A stretch of 50,281 nucleotides of DNA from NCBI GenBank assembly GCA_027858615.1, contig JAQICJ010000302.1, forward strand, positions 1 to 50,281, in the 5' to 3' direction. Origin of the DNA: Deltaproteobacteria bacterium. Lineage in GTDB: Bacteria; Myxococcota_A; Polyangia; HGW-17. Positions 28,701-39,605 of this stretch are shown piece by piece; within the stretch, counting starts at the first letter, position 1; each line of letters begins with the position of its first letter. The notes under the pieces are model-generated. The model worked only from the letters and a program-made list of their open reading frames with translations. It was not told the origin of the DNA and searched no databases. A program made the position numbers and the translations under genes.

Positions 28701-30455
28701 GTGAAATTAAAACACTTTCTCATTAAAACCCGCGCTGTAAATAAAAATATTCTCAACAAATCGAGATCTGAAAAATTGTTCAATTTTCTGGAAGCAGGAA
28801 TTTCCTTTGCAGAACTGGCAGACAATCATCTCGAACTGCTGAAAGATATACCAAATTCACAGTTGCGTCGTCTCAGCGATGCTCGCAGAAGCTGGTTGAA
28901 ACTGGAAAAAGCCAAAGAAGAACTGCAAGCTTATTTCCAAGAAAATGAAATTGAAATTAAAGATGATAAAGTTTATTCCATTGCCCTTTCCGAACGCAGG
29001 ATAAGTGCTCTCAAACACATAATTCCTTTTATCAACCTGAGTGAATTTTCAACCAGCGAAGAGTGGATCAAAGCGGTGGAAATTGCTTTGGGTGTATGGA
29101 CCGGTGCTGTCAACCTCACCTTGAAAAAAGGCAAAGTAACTATCAAGGCAACTAAAAGCGAAGTGCCCGATATTTATGACAATCTTGTCGACAACAAATA
29201 TGAAATAGTCGATATGACCGTCTCCATCTGGACCACTATCAAAAACGCTCTCAATGAAGAATGTGTCGAACTTGATTTTGAATACCCCTCTTCTTCTTTC
29301 AAGTCCCACCTCAAGGCTGTGATTGACAAATTGGGAACCAATGCAGTTGAGATGGATTTTGACGAAGCCATGGAAAAATTAGTGCTGCAAGAACTTCCCA
29401 GCACTCTTGTTTCCTATTTCGACAACAAAGTTGTAAAAAACAAATTGGAAAAGATCAGCGAAAACTATATCAATATTCTGCGAACACCTCCCATAAAAAC
29501 AGCTCGTCTAGGTAGTTTTTATCCAGACAAAGAAGGAAAAACAGCTGGGATATGTGTAATCAACAACAGTGGCAAAGTTATCTCTCATGAAATTCTGGAG
29601 CTTGAAGACAAGTGGTGGGAACAAGCCAGAATTCATTTCGTTCAGCACAAAACTTCCTATATAGCCGTCCCCAAATATATTTCTGCAGAAGACACAACTT
29701 CTCCTGTAGATATAATCAAAGAAAATGAAGGTAACTTTCTGGTTTTCATTCCTGCAAAAAATGACGTACTTGAACCTGTTTATGAAAACATGGAGAGAGT
29801 TTCACCAGAATTACCAGAAATAGATTACAGTGTCATCATCGCCCGCAGATTGGTCAATCCCCTGGAAGAATGGTCCAAACTCGACCCCCTGGAAATCATT
29901 ACAGTCGAACTTGATTCTGAATTGGATGAAACCATGGTGCGTTCATACCTGCTGGAGAAAAAGGGATTGGCTCTTCTCGATCCCAGTTTCAAAAGAATTC
30001 CCTCCAAGATTATTCCTTCGGTTCCAGGCCGGATTACATCCGGTAAAAAATTGAATCCCAAGGTAAAATCGATCAATGACGTCAAAGAAGGAATGACACT
30101 TACCGGAATAGTCATCAATATCACCAAGTTTGGTGCTTTTGTCAATATCGGTCTTTCCCAGGAGGCCTTGATCCACGTCAGTGAGATGGCAGATCATTTT
30201 GTCAATGATCCCGGTGAGATAGTTCAACTGGGTCAACAAGTTAACGTCACCGTAGTTTCTGTAGATCTGAAAAAAGGAAGAATTTCCCTTTCTTTGAAAA
30301 GTGAACCTAATCTCGGCAACAACAAAGGCAGAAGAACTGTCAATTCCCGTCGCACCGGGGGAAGACGCAACAGAAACAACAAAGAAAGATATCAATCCCC
30401 TGCTGCTCGTTCAAAAGCTTTGAAAAATTTGGAAAATCTATTCAAGAAAGAGTAA
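28701..30455 (+). CDS. Tex/YhgF-like RNA-binding protein (divergent N-terminal part, YqgF-like segment, C-terminal S1 domain, Arg-rich tail)
   Basis: S1 domain GMTLTGIVINITKFGAFVNIGLSQEALIHVSEMADHFVNDPGEIVQLGQQVNVTVVSVDLKKGRISLSLK. GKTAGICVINNSGKV resembles the YqgF/RuvC-like nuclease-fold segment of Tex. GTG start with AGGAG upstream. At 584 aa it is shorter than canonical Tex. Confidence 0.6.
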   Translation: MKLKHFLIKTRAVNKNILNKSRSEKLFNFLEAGISFAELADNHLELLKDIPNSQLRRLSDARRSWLKLEKAKEELQAYFQENEIEIKDDKVYSIALSERRISALKHIIPFINLSEFSTSEEWIKAVEIALGVWTGAVNLTLKKGKVTIKATKSEVPDIYDNLVDNKYEIVDMTVSIWTTIKNALNEECVELDFEYPSSSFKSHLKAVIDKLGTNAVEMDFDEAMEKLVLQELPSTLVSYFDNKVVKNKLEKISENYINILRTPPIKTARLGSFYPDKEGKTAGICVINNSGKVISHEILELEDKWWEQARIHFVQHKTSYIAVPKYISAEDTTSPVDIIKENEGNFLVFIPAKNDVLEPVYENMERVSPELPEIDYSVIIARRLVNPLEEWSKLDPLEIITVELDSELDETMVRSYLLEKKGLALLDPSFKRIPSKIIPSVPGRITSGKKLNPKVKSINDVKEGMTLTGIVINITKFGAFVNIGLSQEALIHVSEMADHFVNDPGEIVQLGQQVNVTVVSVDLKKGRISLSLKSEPNLGNNKGRRTVNSRRTGGRRNRNNKERYQSPAARSKALKNLENLFKKE

Positions 30456-30472
30456 TTTAAATCTTAAAAAAA

Positions 30473-30830
<358 letters not shown>

Positions 30831-31014
30831 ATCAATCTATGTAACAAATTAACTGAAAAAGCAATTTATTTTCTTAAACTAAATTTTAAAATCTGTTTGA
30901 TAATTTAACTGAATCTATTATTGTTGCTAAATCATTCTGAAGTTTGCAGCCAAGGCAGACAATTCAAGAACCGAGGTTGTTAGAACCGGCAACCAAAATC
31001 AAGGAAGAATACAC

Positions 31015-32745
31015 ATGAGACTTTCTCAACTGATTGGAAAAACCCTCCGAGATGATCCTAAAAACGCCAAACTTGTCAGCCATAAATTTTTGCTTAGAGG
31101 TGCCTATATAAGACAGGTTGGAGCAGGAATATACTCCCTGCTTCCCATCGCCAAAAAAATCGTTTCCAAAATCGAAAATATAATTAGAGAAGAAATGAAC
31201 CGGATCGATGGCCAGGAAGTAATGTTGCCTGTTGTAATGCCCCGTGAACTCTGGGAAGAAGCCGGTCGCTATGATTCTATCGGAGATGAAATGCTGCGTT
31301 TCAAGGACAGAAACAATAATGACATGCTTTTGGGAATGACCCATGAAGAAGCCATTGTCCATCTTGCCCGTACCGAAATCAATTCCTACAAGCAATTACC
31401 GGTTATGCTCTATCAGATTCAAACAAAATTCAGGGATGAAACCCGCAGCAGAGGCGGTTTGATTCGAGTCAGGGAATTTACAATGAAAGATGCCTATTCC
31501 TTTCATACATCTTTCGAAGATATGGTTGATTACTATCACAAAGTACACGAAGCCTATGATCGTATTTTTAAAAGAACCGGACTTGTTGACTTTATCGACG
31601 TGAAATCAGATGCCGGAATGATGGGAGGCAATACATCCCATGAATTCATGCTGCTTACCCCTGACGGAGAAGATACTATCTTTGTTTGTCCCCAATGCAA
31701 ATACAGAGCAAACAAAGAGATAGCACAAGCTGACTACCCTGGAGTTGAAGAAGATCCTCTTCCCCTCAAAAAAGTTGCCACTCCCGGGAAAAAAACCATC
31801 GAAGAAGTGGCTGCTTTTCTCAAAGTTGAAAAACAACAGACAGCTAAAGCAGTTTTCTATGTTGCCCGCGAAAAACAACTGGTTTTTGTCCTGATCCGGG
31901 GAGATCTTGAAGTTAATGAAAATAAACTGGGTAAAGCACTGCAAACCAACGATTTTCGACCTGCTCATGATGTTGAAATCGAAAAAGCGGGAGCAGTTGC
32001 CGGTTATGCCTCCCCCCTCAATCTTTCCACTGACGATTTTACTCTGGTGGTCGATCCAACCGTTGAACAATCAAACAACCTGGTAACTGGAGCCAACGAA
32101 ACAGACACCCATTACATCAATTTCAACGCTGATCGTGATCTGAAAGGCATGGAATATATTCAGACTGATATTGCAACTCCCAGAGAAGGCGATCCCTGTC
32201 CCCAATGCAAAAAACCCCTTAAATCCAGCCGCGGAATAGAAATAGGGAATATTTTTCAATTGGGCACCAAATATTCACAGCCCATGCAGGCCGATTTTCT
32301 GGATGAACATGGCAAAAGAAAACCTGCTGTCATGGGTTGCTACGGAATCGGAGTAGGAAGACTCATGGCTTCGGTGATTGAAGAAAAAAACGATGAATAC
32401 GGTCCTATCTGGCCCCTTTCAATCGCTCCATGGCAGTTACAGATATGTGCCATTAATTATCGAAAACAGGAAGTAAAAGACGCTACGGAAAAATTATATA
32501 TAGAACTGAAAGAAGAAGGAATTGATGTTCTCCTTGACGACAGAGATGAAAAGGCCGGAGTTCAGTTCAATGATGCTGATTTACGCGGTATCCCCTTCAG
32601 AATCGTCCTTTCTCCCAGAAATCTGAAAAAAAATCAGGTAGAATTCAAAAGAAGAGATTCCAAAGACAAAACCTTCATTCCTTTGAATAAAGTTGTCGCA
32701 ACTCTTTCCCACGAAATCAAACAGGAGTTGAAAAAATATTCCTGA
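31015..32745 (+). CDS. proS: Proline--tRNA ligase (bacterial type with editing INS domain)
   Basis: MRLSQLIGKTLRDDPKNA..., FRDETRSRGGLIRVREFTMKDAYSF, an INS region, and CYGIGVGRLMASVIE. Confidence 0.97.
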   Translation: MRLSQLIGKTLRDDPKNAKLVSHKFLLRGAYIRQVGAGIYSLLPIAKKIVSKIENIIREEMNRIDGQEVMLPVVMPRELWEEAGRYDSIGDEMLRFKDRNNNDMLLGMTHEEAIVHLARTEINSYKQLPVMLYQIQTKFRDETRSRGGLIRVREFTMKDAYSFHTSFEDMVDYYHKVHEAYDRIFKRTGLVDFIDVKSDAGMMGGNTSHEFMLLTPDGEDTIFVCPQCKYRANKEIAQADYPGVEEDPLPLKKVATPGKKTIEEVAAFLKVEKQQTAKAVFYVAREKQLVFVLIRGDLEVNENKLGKALQTNDFRPAHDVEIEKAGAVAGYASPLNLSTDDFTLVVDPTVEQSNNLVTGANETDTHYINFNADRDLKGMEYIQTDIATPREGDPCPQCKKPLKSSRGIEIGNIFQLGTKYSQPMQADFLDEHGKRKPAVMGCYGIGVGRLMASVIEEKNDEYGPIWPLSIAPWQLQICAINYRKQEVKDATEKLYIELKEEGIDVLLDDRDEKAGVQFNDADLRGIPFRIVLSPRNLKKNQVEFKRRDSKDKTFIPLNKVVATLSHEIKQELKKYS

Positions 32746-33524
32746 TGATCATACCCAACCATTTCGAAACATTTGCAACCCAGTATAGATTTCATTTCAA
32801 AAATCTAAAAATGCTTCTGCTGGCTTTTACCTTGCCGTTCTTTCTAATTTTCGGATATTTTTACTATTCCTCCTATCCTTTCACCATCGGTAAAACTCGA
32901 GATAATATTGCCCGGGCTCTTATCCGAGAAACCGGGATGTACGTCAACCCTCACAACATAATTCTTGCCCAACCTTTGTCTTCTGAAGCAGAATTTTTTC
33001 CCCGGCAACACACAATTTTTTTTCTGGCTGCCCAAAATAAAGACAACAACAATGACGTCTACTCAGCCCAGATTTTCCTGTCAAAAACAGGAATTCCCTT
33101 TACTCTGACCAGAATAATCAATCTTTCAAAAACTCCCGCTTGCAATGAAAAACAAATGGTCAACTGGAAAAATCGTCTGGCTTTTGTCAGCAAAAATAAA
33201 AAAAATATCGAAGCTCCACCTGTAGTCACCGTTGCAATTATCAATAAAATAAAAATCGATAAACTACTCACCAAAACACAACTTCCAGAATCCGAGCAAG
33301 TATTTATCTCGGGCAAAAACCTGTTTTCACCCTTTTATTATAAGATTACCCCAGCTTCTAAACAAAACAGGATCTTGCTGAAATGGGAAAAAGGAATATT
33401 GAAATTTATTGAAACAACTAAAACAGGCAAGGTGAAAAAATACAAATTTGATCCGGTAAAGGGCAGGTTGATTTCCAAACATAAATTGAGATATTTTTCA
33501 GCCAGAGGCTATTCACCTCACTGA
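32745..33524 (+). CDS. Hypothetical membrane-anchored protein
   Basis: 259-aa ORF. Its ATG overlaps the proS stop (TGATG). It has one N-terminal TM helix (MLLLAFTLPFFLIFGYFYY). No recognisable domain. Confidence 0.6.
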   Translation: MIIPNHFETFATQYRFHFKNLKMLLLAFTLPFFLIFGYFYYSSYPFTIGKTRDNIARALIRETGMYVNPHNIILAQPLSSEAEFFPRQHTIFFLAAQNKDNNNDVYSAQIFLSKTGIPFTLTRIINLSKTPACNEKQMVNWKNRLAFVSKNKKNIEAPPVVTVAIINKIKIDKLLTKTQLPESEQVFISGKNLFSPFYYKITPASKQNRILLKWEKGILKFIETTKTGKVKKYKFDPVKGRLISKHKLRYFSARGYSPH

Positions 33525-33546
33525 ACCACTACAAGGAGAAACAGAT

Positions 33547-34644
33547 ATGTCCCCTTTTGAAGTAGCAATGATGGCCAGTGGGTTTCTGGTTATTCTCATG
33601 TTTATCATGTCAGTCATGTTGTTTTTTTCCATCAATTTTAAAAGAAGCAAACAGGATAAACCCAAAAAAATATTCTTTAAATTTGAAAACCTTTATAAAA
33701 ATCGAAAAAAATTGACACCTCCTTTGCTGAACGGGGAAAAACTTATCCAGAAAGCCGAAAAATTGCGCAGCAGTGGCAAATTGATCAGAGCCAGATATCT
33801 GGCAAATATAGCAGGAGAACTGAGCGATAATCCAGATTTCTGCCCTGCGAAACTTAAAGAAGTCCTTTTGCCAGATATCAACAAAATAAAAAAACCCATA
33901 TCCAATTCCCTGCTGGCGCAACATATTTCCCATCCCCAACTTCACAATCTTCTTACTCCTGCTTTTGTTGCCATATCCAAAGCTCAACTCGAAATTAAAT
34001 CCCATCCAACTATCAATTACAATCTTAAAAACCAGGACAAAGCTTCCAATTACAACAAAAATGAAATAATTATCGGTTATTTTAGTAAAATTTCAAAAAT
34101 GCTTCTGGGATTTGAACCCCAGATTTTCTACAAAAACAAAGACATTAATATTCTTCACGCCAATACTCAAAAAAACAATAAATGGTATCCCTCTTTGCTT
34201 TTTGGAAACAAATTTATTTCCTGTTCTACGGAAGAACAGATTTTTCTACTTGCTTCCAAACTTGCACTCTTCCGTCCTGAAATAAGAATTCTGCTTTGTT
34301 ATCCCACTGAAGAAAAATTTGCAGATTTTGCCAGGGAAATTCTGGATTATCGTAAATCCCCAGTCAAAACCAGAATCATGAAAAATGTTCACACTGAAGA
34401 TCAAAAAGCAATCCTTGAATTCCTGACAAAAGATGAAATCGAAATTTCTGTTTTTATTAACTGGAGAAAAGGTGCTATTCTTACAGCCAATCGCGTGGGT
34501 TTAATTTTTGCCAATGATTTTAACAAAATAAATCTCCTGCTTAAGGAAAATGGTGAACTGGAAACCAAACTCGATTTGATGTCATATATTATTTCGGAGA
34601 GGTTTATGAAAACTTTGATCAATTTAAAAATGATCCCCGAGTAA
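33547..34644 (+). CDS. Hypothetical membrane-anchored protein
   Basis: 365-aa ORF 22 nt downstream of the previous gene. It has an N-terminal TM helix (MMASGFLVILMFIMSVMLFFSI). No recognisable domain. Confidence 0.6.
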   Translation: MSPFEVAMMASGFLVILMFIMSVMLFFSINFKRSKQDKPKKIFFKFENLYKNRKKLTPPLLNGEKLIQKAEKLRSSGKLIRARYLANIAGELSDNPDFCPAKLKEVLLPDINKIKKPISNSLLAQHISHPQLHNLLTPAFVAISKAQLEIKSHPTINYNLKNQDKASNYNKNEIIIGYFSKISKMLLGFEPQIFYKNKDINILHANTQKNNKWYPSLLFGNKFISCSTEEQIFLLASKLALFRPEIRILLCYPTEEKFADFAREILDYRKSPVKTRIMKNVHTEDQKAILEFLTKDEIEISVFINWRKGAILTANRVGLIFANDFNKINLLLKENGELETKLDLMSYIISERFMKTLINLKMIPE

Positions 34645-34707
34645 TCTTATTTTCCCCATGATCACCAGTTTTGTGAGTTGAATCATGATTGAAGCTCATC
34701 CAAGCCA

Positions 34708-37125
34708 ATGAATTTATTTTTTCATCCCAGAGTTATCTTCTGCTTTATTACTCTGGCTCCCTTTATTCTTTTCTATTTTTTTCTTGATCAACTTTCCCCT
34801 GATAATCTTTCCTCCCTAAAAATCACTTATCTTGTTTCCTTCTCAATTTATTTCATCCTCAATCTTCTGATAAACCTCAGAAAAAAAAAGATTATCAACT
34901 CGTTTATCTATTTTCTCCTCTGGCCCCTTTCTTTGGGAACAGCTTTTTTTATCCATAATTGTCTGGCTCAGGATTTTCACTTTCTGGCAGCTGTTTCTAT
35001 TAATATTCTTTTTATTTTTATTCCCATCAGCAGAAATATCGCAAAAAAACTCAAACTCATAAAGCCTGCCAAATCCTATCGAAACTTTATTTTCGATACT
35101 TTCATGCTTTCCCTGATGGCCTTGGAAACTGCAGTTTTCGGGGGTTTTATTTTCTTTATCAGTGTCAGAAACATCCAACCGGGACTGGTCAAAAAAATCC
35201 TCTTCCTCAATGCATTTATTCAACCTTTTTTTATTCTTGTTTATTACTGGGGTTTGGTGTTCACAGGCAAGAAAATTCATTCTTTTTTCTTTTACAAAAA
35301 CAAGAAAATAAAATTAAAAACCGCTTTTCGCAGATTACAGATTTACCCTTATATCTGCGCAGCTTTAATCACTTTACTTTCATTTTTGGCAATCACTATT
35401 TACTATCTCGCAGGCTATTATTTCCTGGCTGTAAACATCTCTTCACTGCTCAGTCTCATGTTTATCACCATGATCAGCATAATTGGGGGAAATCTTTTTA
35501 TTATCCCTCTATTACGCAACCTGATCCTTCCCCATCTCAAACAAATTGCCCGCAGTGGTCTTTTTGAACATTCCAAGGTAAGATCACCCCTTTCTTTGAG
35601 ATTTAAACTTGGGATCTGGTTTGGAGCCGTGGTTTTTATTGCCACTGCTTTTTCTGCTTTCTGGAGTTACAGTCAATATGAAAATCTGGTTGAAAACTTT
35701 CTGAATCGAAGAGCTGAAACTAGAATCAAATCAATAAAAAAAGATTTAAAAAACAAACTGACTTTGGTGAGCAAGATAGACAGCGGACCTGCCGTCAACA
35801 GTCTTCTTAAAAATTATGCCCGGGGAGACAGTGGTTATTATTTTCATCTGCCAGCCACAGGCAAAGCCTGGTTTGCCAGTCAGGAAAACCAAATACTCGA
35901 TGTAGTCAACCGTTACAAGATCAGAAATTTTTCCCAAGGAACCCTGAAGATATCCATGAAAAACCTTTATGGATATTTTGTAGAAATAGAATACGATAAC
36001 AACAGGGTGGGAGCAATTGGTGTTCTTTACCGTGATCGCAACTCTTCTCAACTGGATCGTCCTGGAAAAATTTTCAGGATCATCCTTTTTTACTTTTTTC
36101 TTTTCCTGATGGCTGCAGGAGGAGTGGCCTACTATGTAAGTGAATTCACTTCTCCCCTGAAAAAACTTGAAAACCGCGTAAGTGCTATAACTGCCGGGAA
36201 ATTCAATCAAAAAATTGAACCCCAGGGTGAAGCTGATGAAATAGGACGCTTGTCTTTTACCTTGGAATTAATGCGCAAAACAATCAGAGAAAAGGTTACC
36301 ACAATCGAAAACCTCAATATCAATCTGGAAAATATGGTTAAAGAAAGAACCATCGATCTGGCCAAAGCCAACGAGGAACTCAAAAGAACCCTGGCTGAGT
36401 TGAAAAATGCCCAGAAACAACTGATAGCAACGGAAAAACTTGCAGCATTCGGACGACTGCTGGCCGGCTTGGCTCATGAAATCAATAATCCTGTCAATTC
36501 CATCACCAATACTCTGAAACCCCTTGATAATCTAATCGACAAAATTACCCAAAATGATCCGAAACCTCAGGATATCCAAGATATCAATACCATGATCAAT
36601 ATTCTCAAACGAGGTACAAGCAGAATCAGACAAGTTATTGACAGAATTACCAACACCCTCAAATCTGATAATTCCCCCAGAGAAAAAATACAAGTGACAG
36701 AATCCATAGAAAATGCCATTTCTCTGATTGCGGGCAAACTAGAAGACATCAATATAATAAAAGATTTTCAAAAAGATGCTTATATTTCTGCCAGTCCCGG
36801 TGCCATTGAAGAAGTATTTGAAAATTTGATAATCAATGCTGCTTATGCCATGGAAAAAAGTTCTGAAAAGGTTCTTGAAATCAAGGTAAAAGTTGTAGAA
36901 CAACAGGTCAGGATAGAATTTGAAGATCGAGGAAGTGGAATCCCTCCCCAAATAAGAGAAAAAATCTTTGATCCCTTCTTTACCACCAAAGAAGTAGGAG
37001 GAGGAATGGGGCTTGGTCTGAGCATTGTCAATGATATTGTCAAAAGCTACAATGGAGATTTGGATATCGTTTCCCTGGAACAAGGAACCAGAGTTGTACT
37101 TGTTTTTCCCAAATCCTCAACCTGA
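34708..37125 (+). CDS. Sensor histidine kinase with large multi-TM N-terminal region, HAMP, HisKA and HATPase_c domains; no adjacent response regulator
   Basis: HAMP-like [41 protein letters not shown]; H-box [15 protein letters not shown]; G1 DRGSGIP; G2 [11 protein letters not shown]. Confidence 0.85.
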   Translation: MNLFFHPRVIFCFITLAPFILFYFFLDQLSPDNLSSLKITYLVSFSIYFILNLLINLRKKKIINSFIYFLLWPLSLGTAFFIHNCLAQDFHFLAAVSINILFIFIPISRNIAKKLKLIKPAKSYRNFIFDTFMLSLMALETAVFGGFIFFISVRNIQPGLVKKILFLNAFIQPFFILVYYWGLVFTGKKIHSFFFYKNKKIKLKTAFRRLQIYPYICAALITLLSFLAITIYYLAGYYFLAVNISSLLSLMFITMISIIGGNLFIIPLLRNLILPHLKQIARSGLFEHSKVRSPLSLRFKLGIWFGAVVFIATAFSAFWSYSQYENLVENFLNRRAETRIKSIKKDLKNKLTLVSKIDSGPAVNSLLKNYARGDSGYYFHLPATGKAWFASQENQILDVVNRYKIRNFSQGTLKISMKNLYGYFVEIEYDNNRVGAIGVLYRDRNSSQLDRPGKIFRIILFYFFLFLMAAGGVAYYVSEFTSPLKKLENRVSAITAGKFNQKIEPQGEADEIGRLSFTLELMRKTIREKVTTIENLNINLENMVKERTIDLAKANEELKRTLAELKNAQKQLIATEKLAAFGRLLAGLAHEINNPVNSITNTLKPLDNLIDKITQNDPKPQDIQDINTMINILKRGTSRIRQVIDRITNTLKSDNSPREKIQVTESIENAISLIAGKLEDINIIKDFQKDAYISASPGAIEEVFENLIINAAYAMEKSSEKVLEIKVKVVEQQVRIEFEDRGSGIPPQIREKIFDPFFTTKEVGGGMGLGLSIVNDIVKSYNGDLDIVSLEQGTRVVLVFPKSST

Positions 37126-37160
37126 TTTTTTTCAAACCGAAACCAACAGGATAAATCTTT

Positions 37161-38141
37161 TTATCCATCAGGAACACCCTCAGTATCGAGCAACTGACAA
37201 TCTTCATCAGGCATTTCTATTTCAATAGTACAATGACTGATATCATATGATTTCAACTCAGCCCTGATTCTTTCTTTCAAGTCTTTGCTTGTGGCCAGGT
37301 CTGTCATTTCCTCATTAATTTGCACATGAACAGTAAAAACATGGCTTAAACCGTCAAGGGTCCACAAATGGAGATGATGAACAGAACAAACTTCCTCCAT
37401 CTCAATTATCTTTTTCTTAATTTGATCGGTATCAATACCTGCAGGGCTTTTCTGGAGAAAAATTGAAATAGTATATCGTAAATTTCGGATCAGGTTGTAA
37501 ATAATCCACAAAGTAATCAAAAGAGAAAGCAGAGGATCGAGAAAATAAAAATCATAAAAAATCAGGACCACACCGGTAACAGCTACTGCCGCCCAACCGA
37601 GAAAATCTTCCAGAAGATGCAGCATGACAGCCCGGGAATTTACTCCTTGGTTGTGGCTTAATTTAAAAACAGCCAGACCATTGACCAGAATACCACCCAG
37701 GGCAAAACCGATCATGCCCAGATGATTGACAGGCTGCGGATCAAACAAGCGGGGAACAGCTTTCATCAGTACAAACACAGAACCGGCAGAAAGCACAACA
37801 GAGCTTACCAGTGCACCAAGAAGAGAAAATCTCCTGTAACCAAAAGTATAAAAACTGTTGCTATTTTTCTCACTTTTCTTTTCCAGATACCAGGAAGCTC
37901 CCAAGGAAATAGTATCCCCAAAATCATGTACAGCGTCAGCAACAATAGCAGTGGAATTGGTCCATAATCCCCCAAAGATTTCAATGACAGTAAAAAATAA
38001 ATTCAGGAAAAAAGCAGTTGAAATGGATTTGGTTTCACTATGATGATGAATATGGTGATGAGAGTTTTTTTTCTTTTTGTTTTTCACACCTTTATTATCC
38101 AACTCTTCGGGGTTATCCGATGTGGAATTCAACATTTTCAT
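37161..38141 (-). CDS. Cation diffusion facilitator (CzcD/ZitB-like) metal efflux transporter
   Basis: His-rich N-terminus (NSHHHIHHHSE), six TM helices with the ADAVHDFGD and HLLEDFLGW motifs, and a C-terminal cytoplasmic domain (VHHLHLWTL). Confidence 0.88.
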   Translation of the reverse strand: MKMLNSTSDNPEELDNKGVKNKKKKNSHHHIHHHSETKSISTAFFLNLFFTVIEIFGGLWTNSTAIVADAVHDFGDTISLGASWYLEKKSEKNSNSFYTFGYRRFSLLGALVSSVVLSAGSVFVLMKAVPRLFDPQPVNHLGMIGFALGGILVNGLAVFKLSHNQGVNSRAVMLHLLEDFLGWAAVAVTGVVLIFYDFYFLDPLLSLLITLWIIYNLIRNLRYTISIFLQKSPAGIDTDQIKKKIIEMEEVCSVHHLHLWTLDGLSHVFTVHVQINEEMTDLATSKDLKERIRAELKSYDISHCTIEIEMPDEDCQLLDTEGVPDG

Positions 38142-38622
38142 GAATAAATCCTTTGAGAATTCTTTTCACAGGCAATAAAACATTGGTATACTTGGAAATA
38201 TTCTATTTTTCAAGCTCCAACCAATCGTTGCCGTCCAATTTACCACAAAAATCTGAATAGTTCCCTTTTCATAGTGACAAAATTCCGCTTCAGTCAACTT
38301 GATTAAATAAGTTTGTACTGTTATTCTATCTAAACTTGGATTTGTAAATCAATTGTCTTTAAACATGATGATTTGACTGAAAAGTTAATAAATTTAAATA
38401 CAAATGATTATTCAGTTCCCTATCTCAAAATGGCTGATCTTTTTGAAAAGCAGTCATATTGCATTATTTTGCTTGATTATAATCATGTAAACACCCTAAA
38501 ATATCTGCACGGCTGTTTCTTGTATTTTAATCAGTTTAAAACCTTAGAAAGAGGAACTACTTTTTCAACAAAACCAAATATATTTTCAGTTCCGGTATAA
38601 CTTTAAGAGCGGATAATCTACA

Positions 38623-39579
38623 ATGGCGGATGATCAAAAAATAATCATTAGTGTTTTTGGCAGAACAGACGTCGGTACTGTTCGGGATCACAACGAAGAT
38701 AATTTTCTGGTGGCAAACCTTGCCACTGGAGAAAAATCCCTCAAACCCGAAATTAGAAATCATGAACTAAAAGAAGAAGGTTCAATTTTCTTGGTTTGTG
38801 ACGGTATGGGAGGTGCTGCTGCCGGTGAAGTGGCAAGTCAAATTGCCACCACTAGTATTTTTGAGAAACTCAAAGAACTGGGTAAACCTGAAAATCGCAA
38901 GACTCTTGCTTCAAACCTGGTCAAAGCCATCAAACACGCAAACTCAAGTATTTACCAGGAAGCCCAGCAGAACAGAGCCAAGCAGGGAATGGGAACTACC
39001 TGTACTCTGGCTGCCCTCATGGATGACATTATTCTGGTGGGGCAGGTGGGTGATTCGAGAGCCTACCTGATTCGTCACCATCAAATATATCAGATGACCC
39101 AAGATCAAACCTTGTTGAATCGTCTTCTGGAAGTGGGAAAACTCTCCGACGAAGAAGCTTCCAAGTTTGAACACAACCATGTAATTTTGCAGGCTCTGGG
39201 AGTAAAAGAAAAAGTCAATCCCGTTCTCAGTGCAGCAGAAATTGCTCCTGGAGATTCTCTGCTTTTATGTTCCGATGGACTCAACGATGCCCTCACCGAC
39301 CAGGAAATTATCCAGATAATCAACAATCACGATATCCATAATCAAGTTGAAATCTGCCAGGCCCTCACTCAACAAGCCTGTCAGAAGGAAGCTAAAGATA
39401 ATGTAACAGTTATTTTTGCCACTTTTTCCGGTCAAGGTTTCGGCCCCGGAGATCTTCAAAGTGAAATACCCTACATCAAAATTCCCGAAGCAGATATGGA
39501 ATCCAATTATCTGCTCAATCGTTCTCACAAAAAAACAACTGAGACCACCCAGGTTTTCGGTTCCTTCAATCTTGAATAA
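38623..39579 (+). CDS. PP2C-family Ser/Thr protein phosphatase
   Basis: GRTDVGTVRDHNEDNF, VCDGMGGAAAGEVAS, GTTCT, VGDSRAYL, LCSDGL and DNVTVI. Confidence 0.9.
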   Translation: MADDQKIIISVFGRTDVGTVRDHNEDNFLVANLATGEKSLKPEIRNHELKEEGSIFLVCDGMGGAAAGEVASQIATTSIFEKLKELGKPENRKTLASNLVKAIKHANSSIYQEAQQNRAKQGMGTTCTLAALMDDIILVGQVGDSRAYLIRHHQIYQMTQDQTLLNRLLEVGKLSDEEASKFEHNHVILQALGVKEKVNPVLSAAEIAPGDSLLLCSDGLNDALTDQEIIQIINNHDIHNQVEICQALTQQACQKEAKDNVTVIFATFSGQGFGPGDLQSEIPYIKIPEADMESNYLLNRSHKKTTETTQVFGSFNLE

Positions 39580-39605
39580 TCTTCTTCAAGCCTTCATGGT
39601 GTTTC

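Noticed and set aside
30964-31395. 143-aa minus-strand ORF
   Set aside because: It is antisense to the proS 5' end.
38373-38600. 75-aa TTG-start ORF in the czcD/PP2C spacer
   Set aside because: It sits in AT-rich spacer DNA, has no RBS that I can see, overlaps a repeat fragment and has no recognisable motif.
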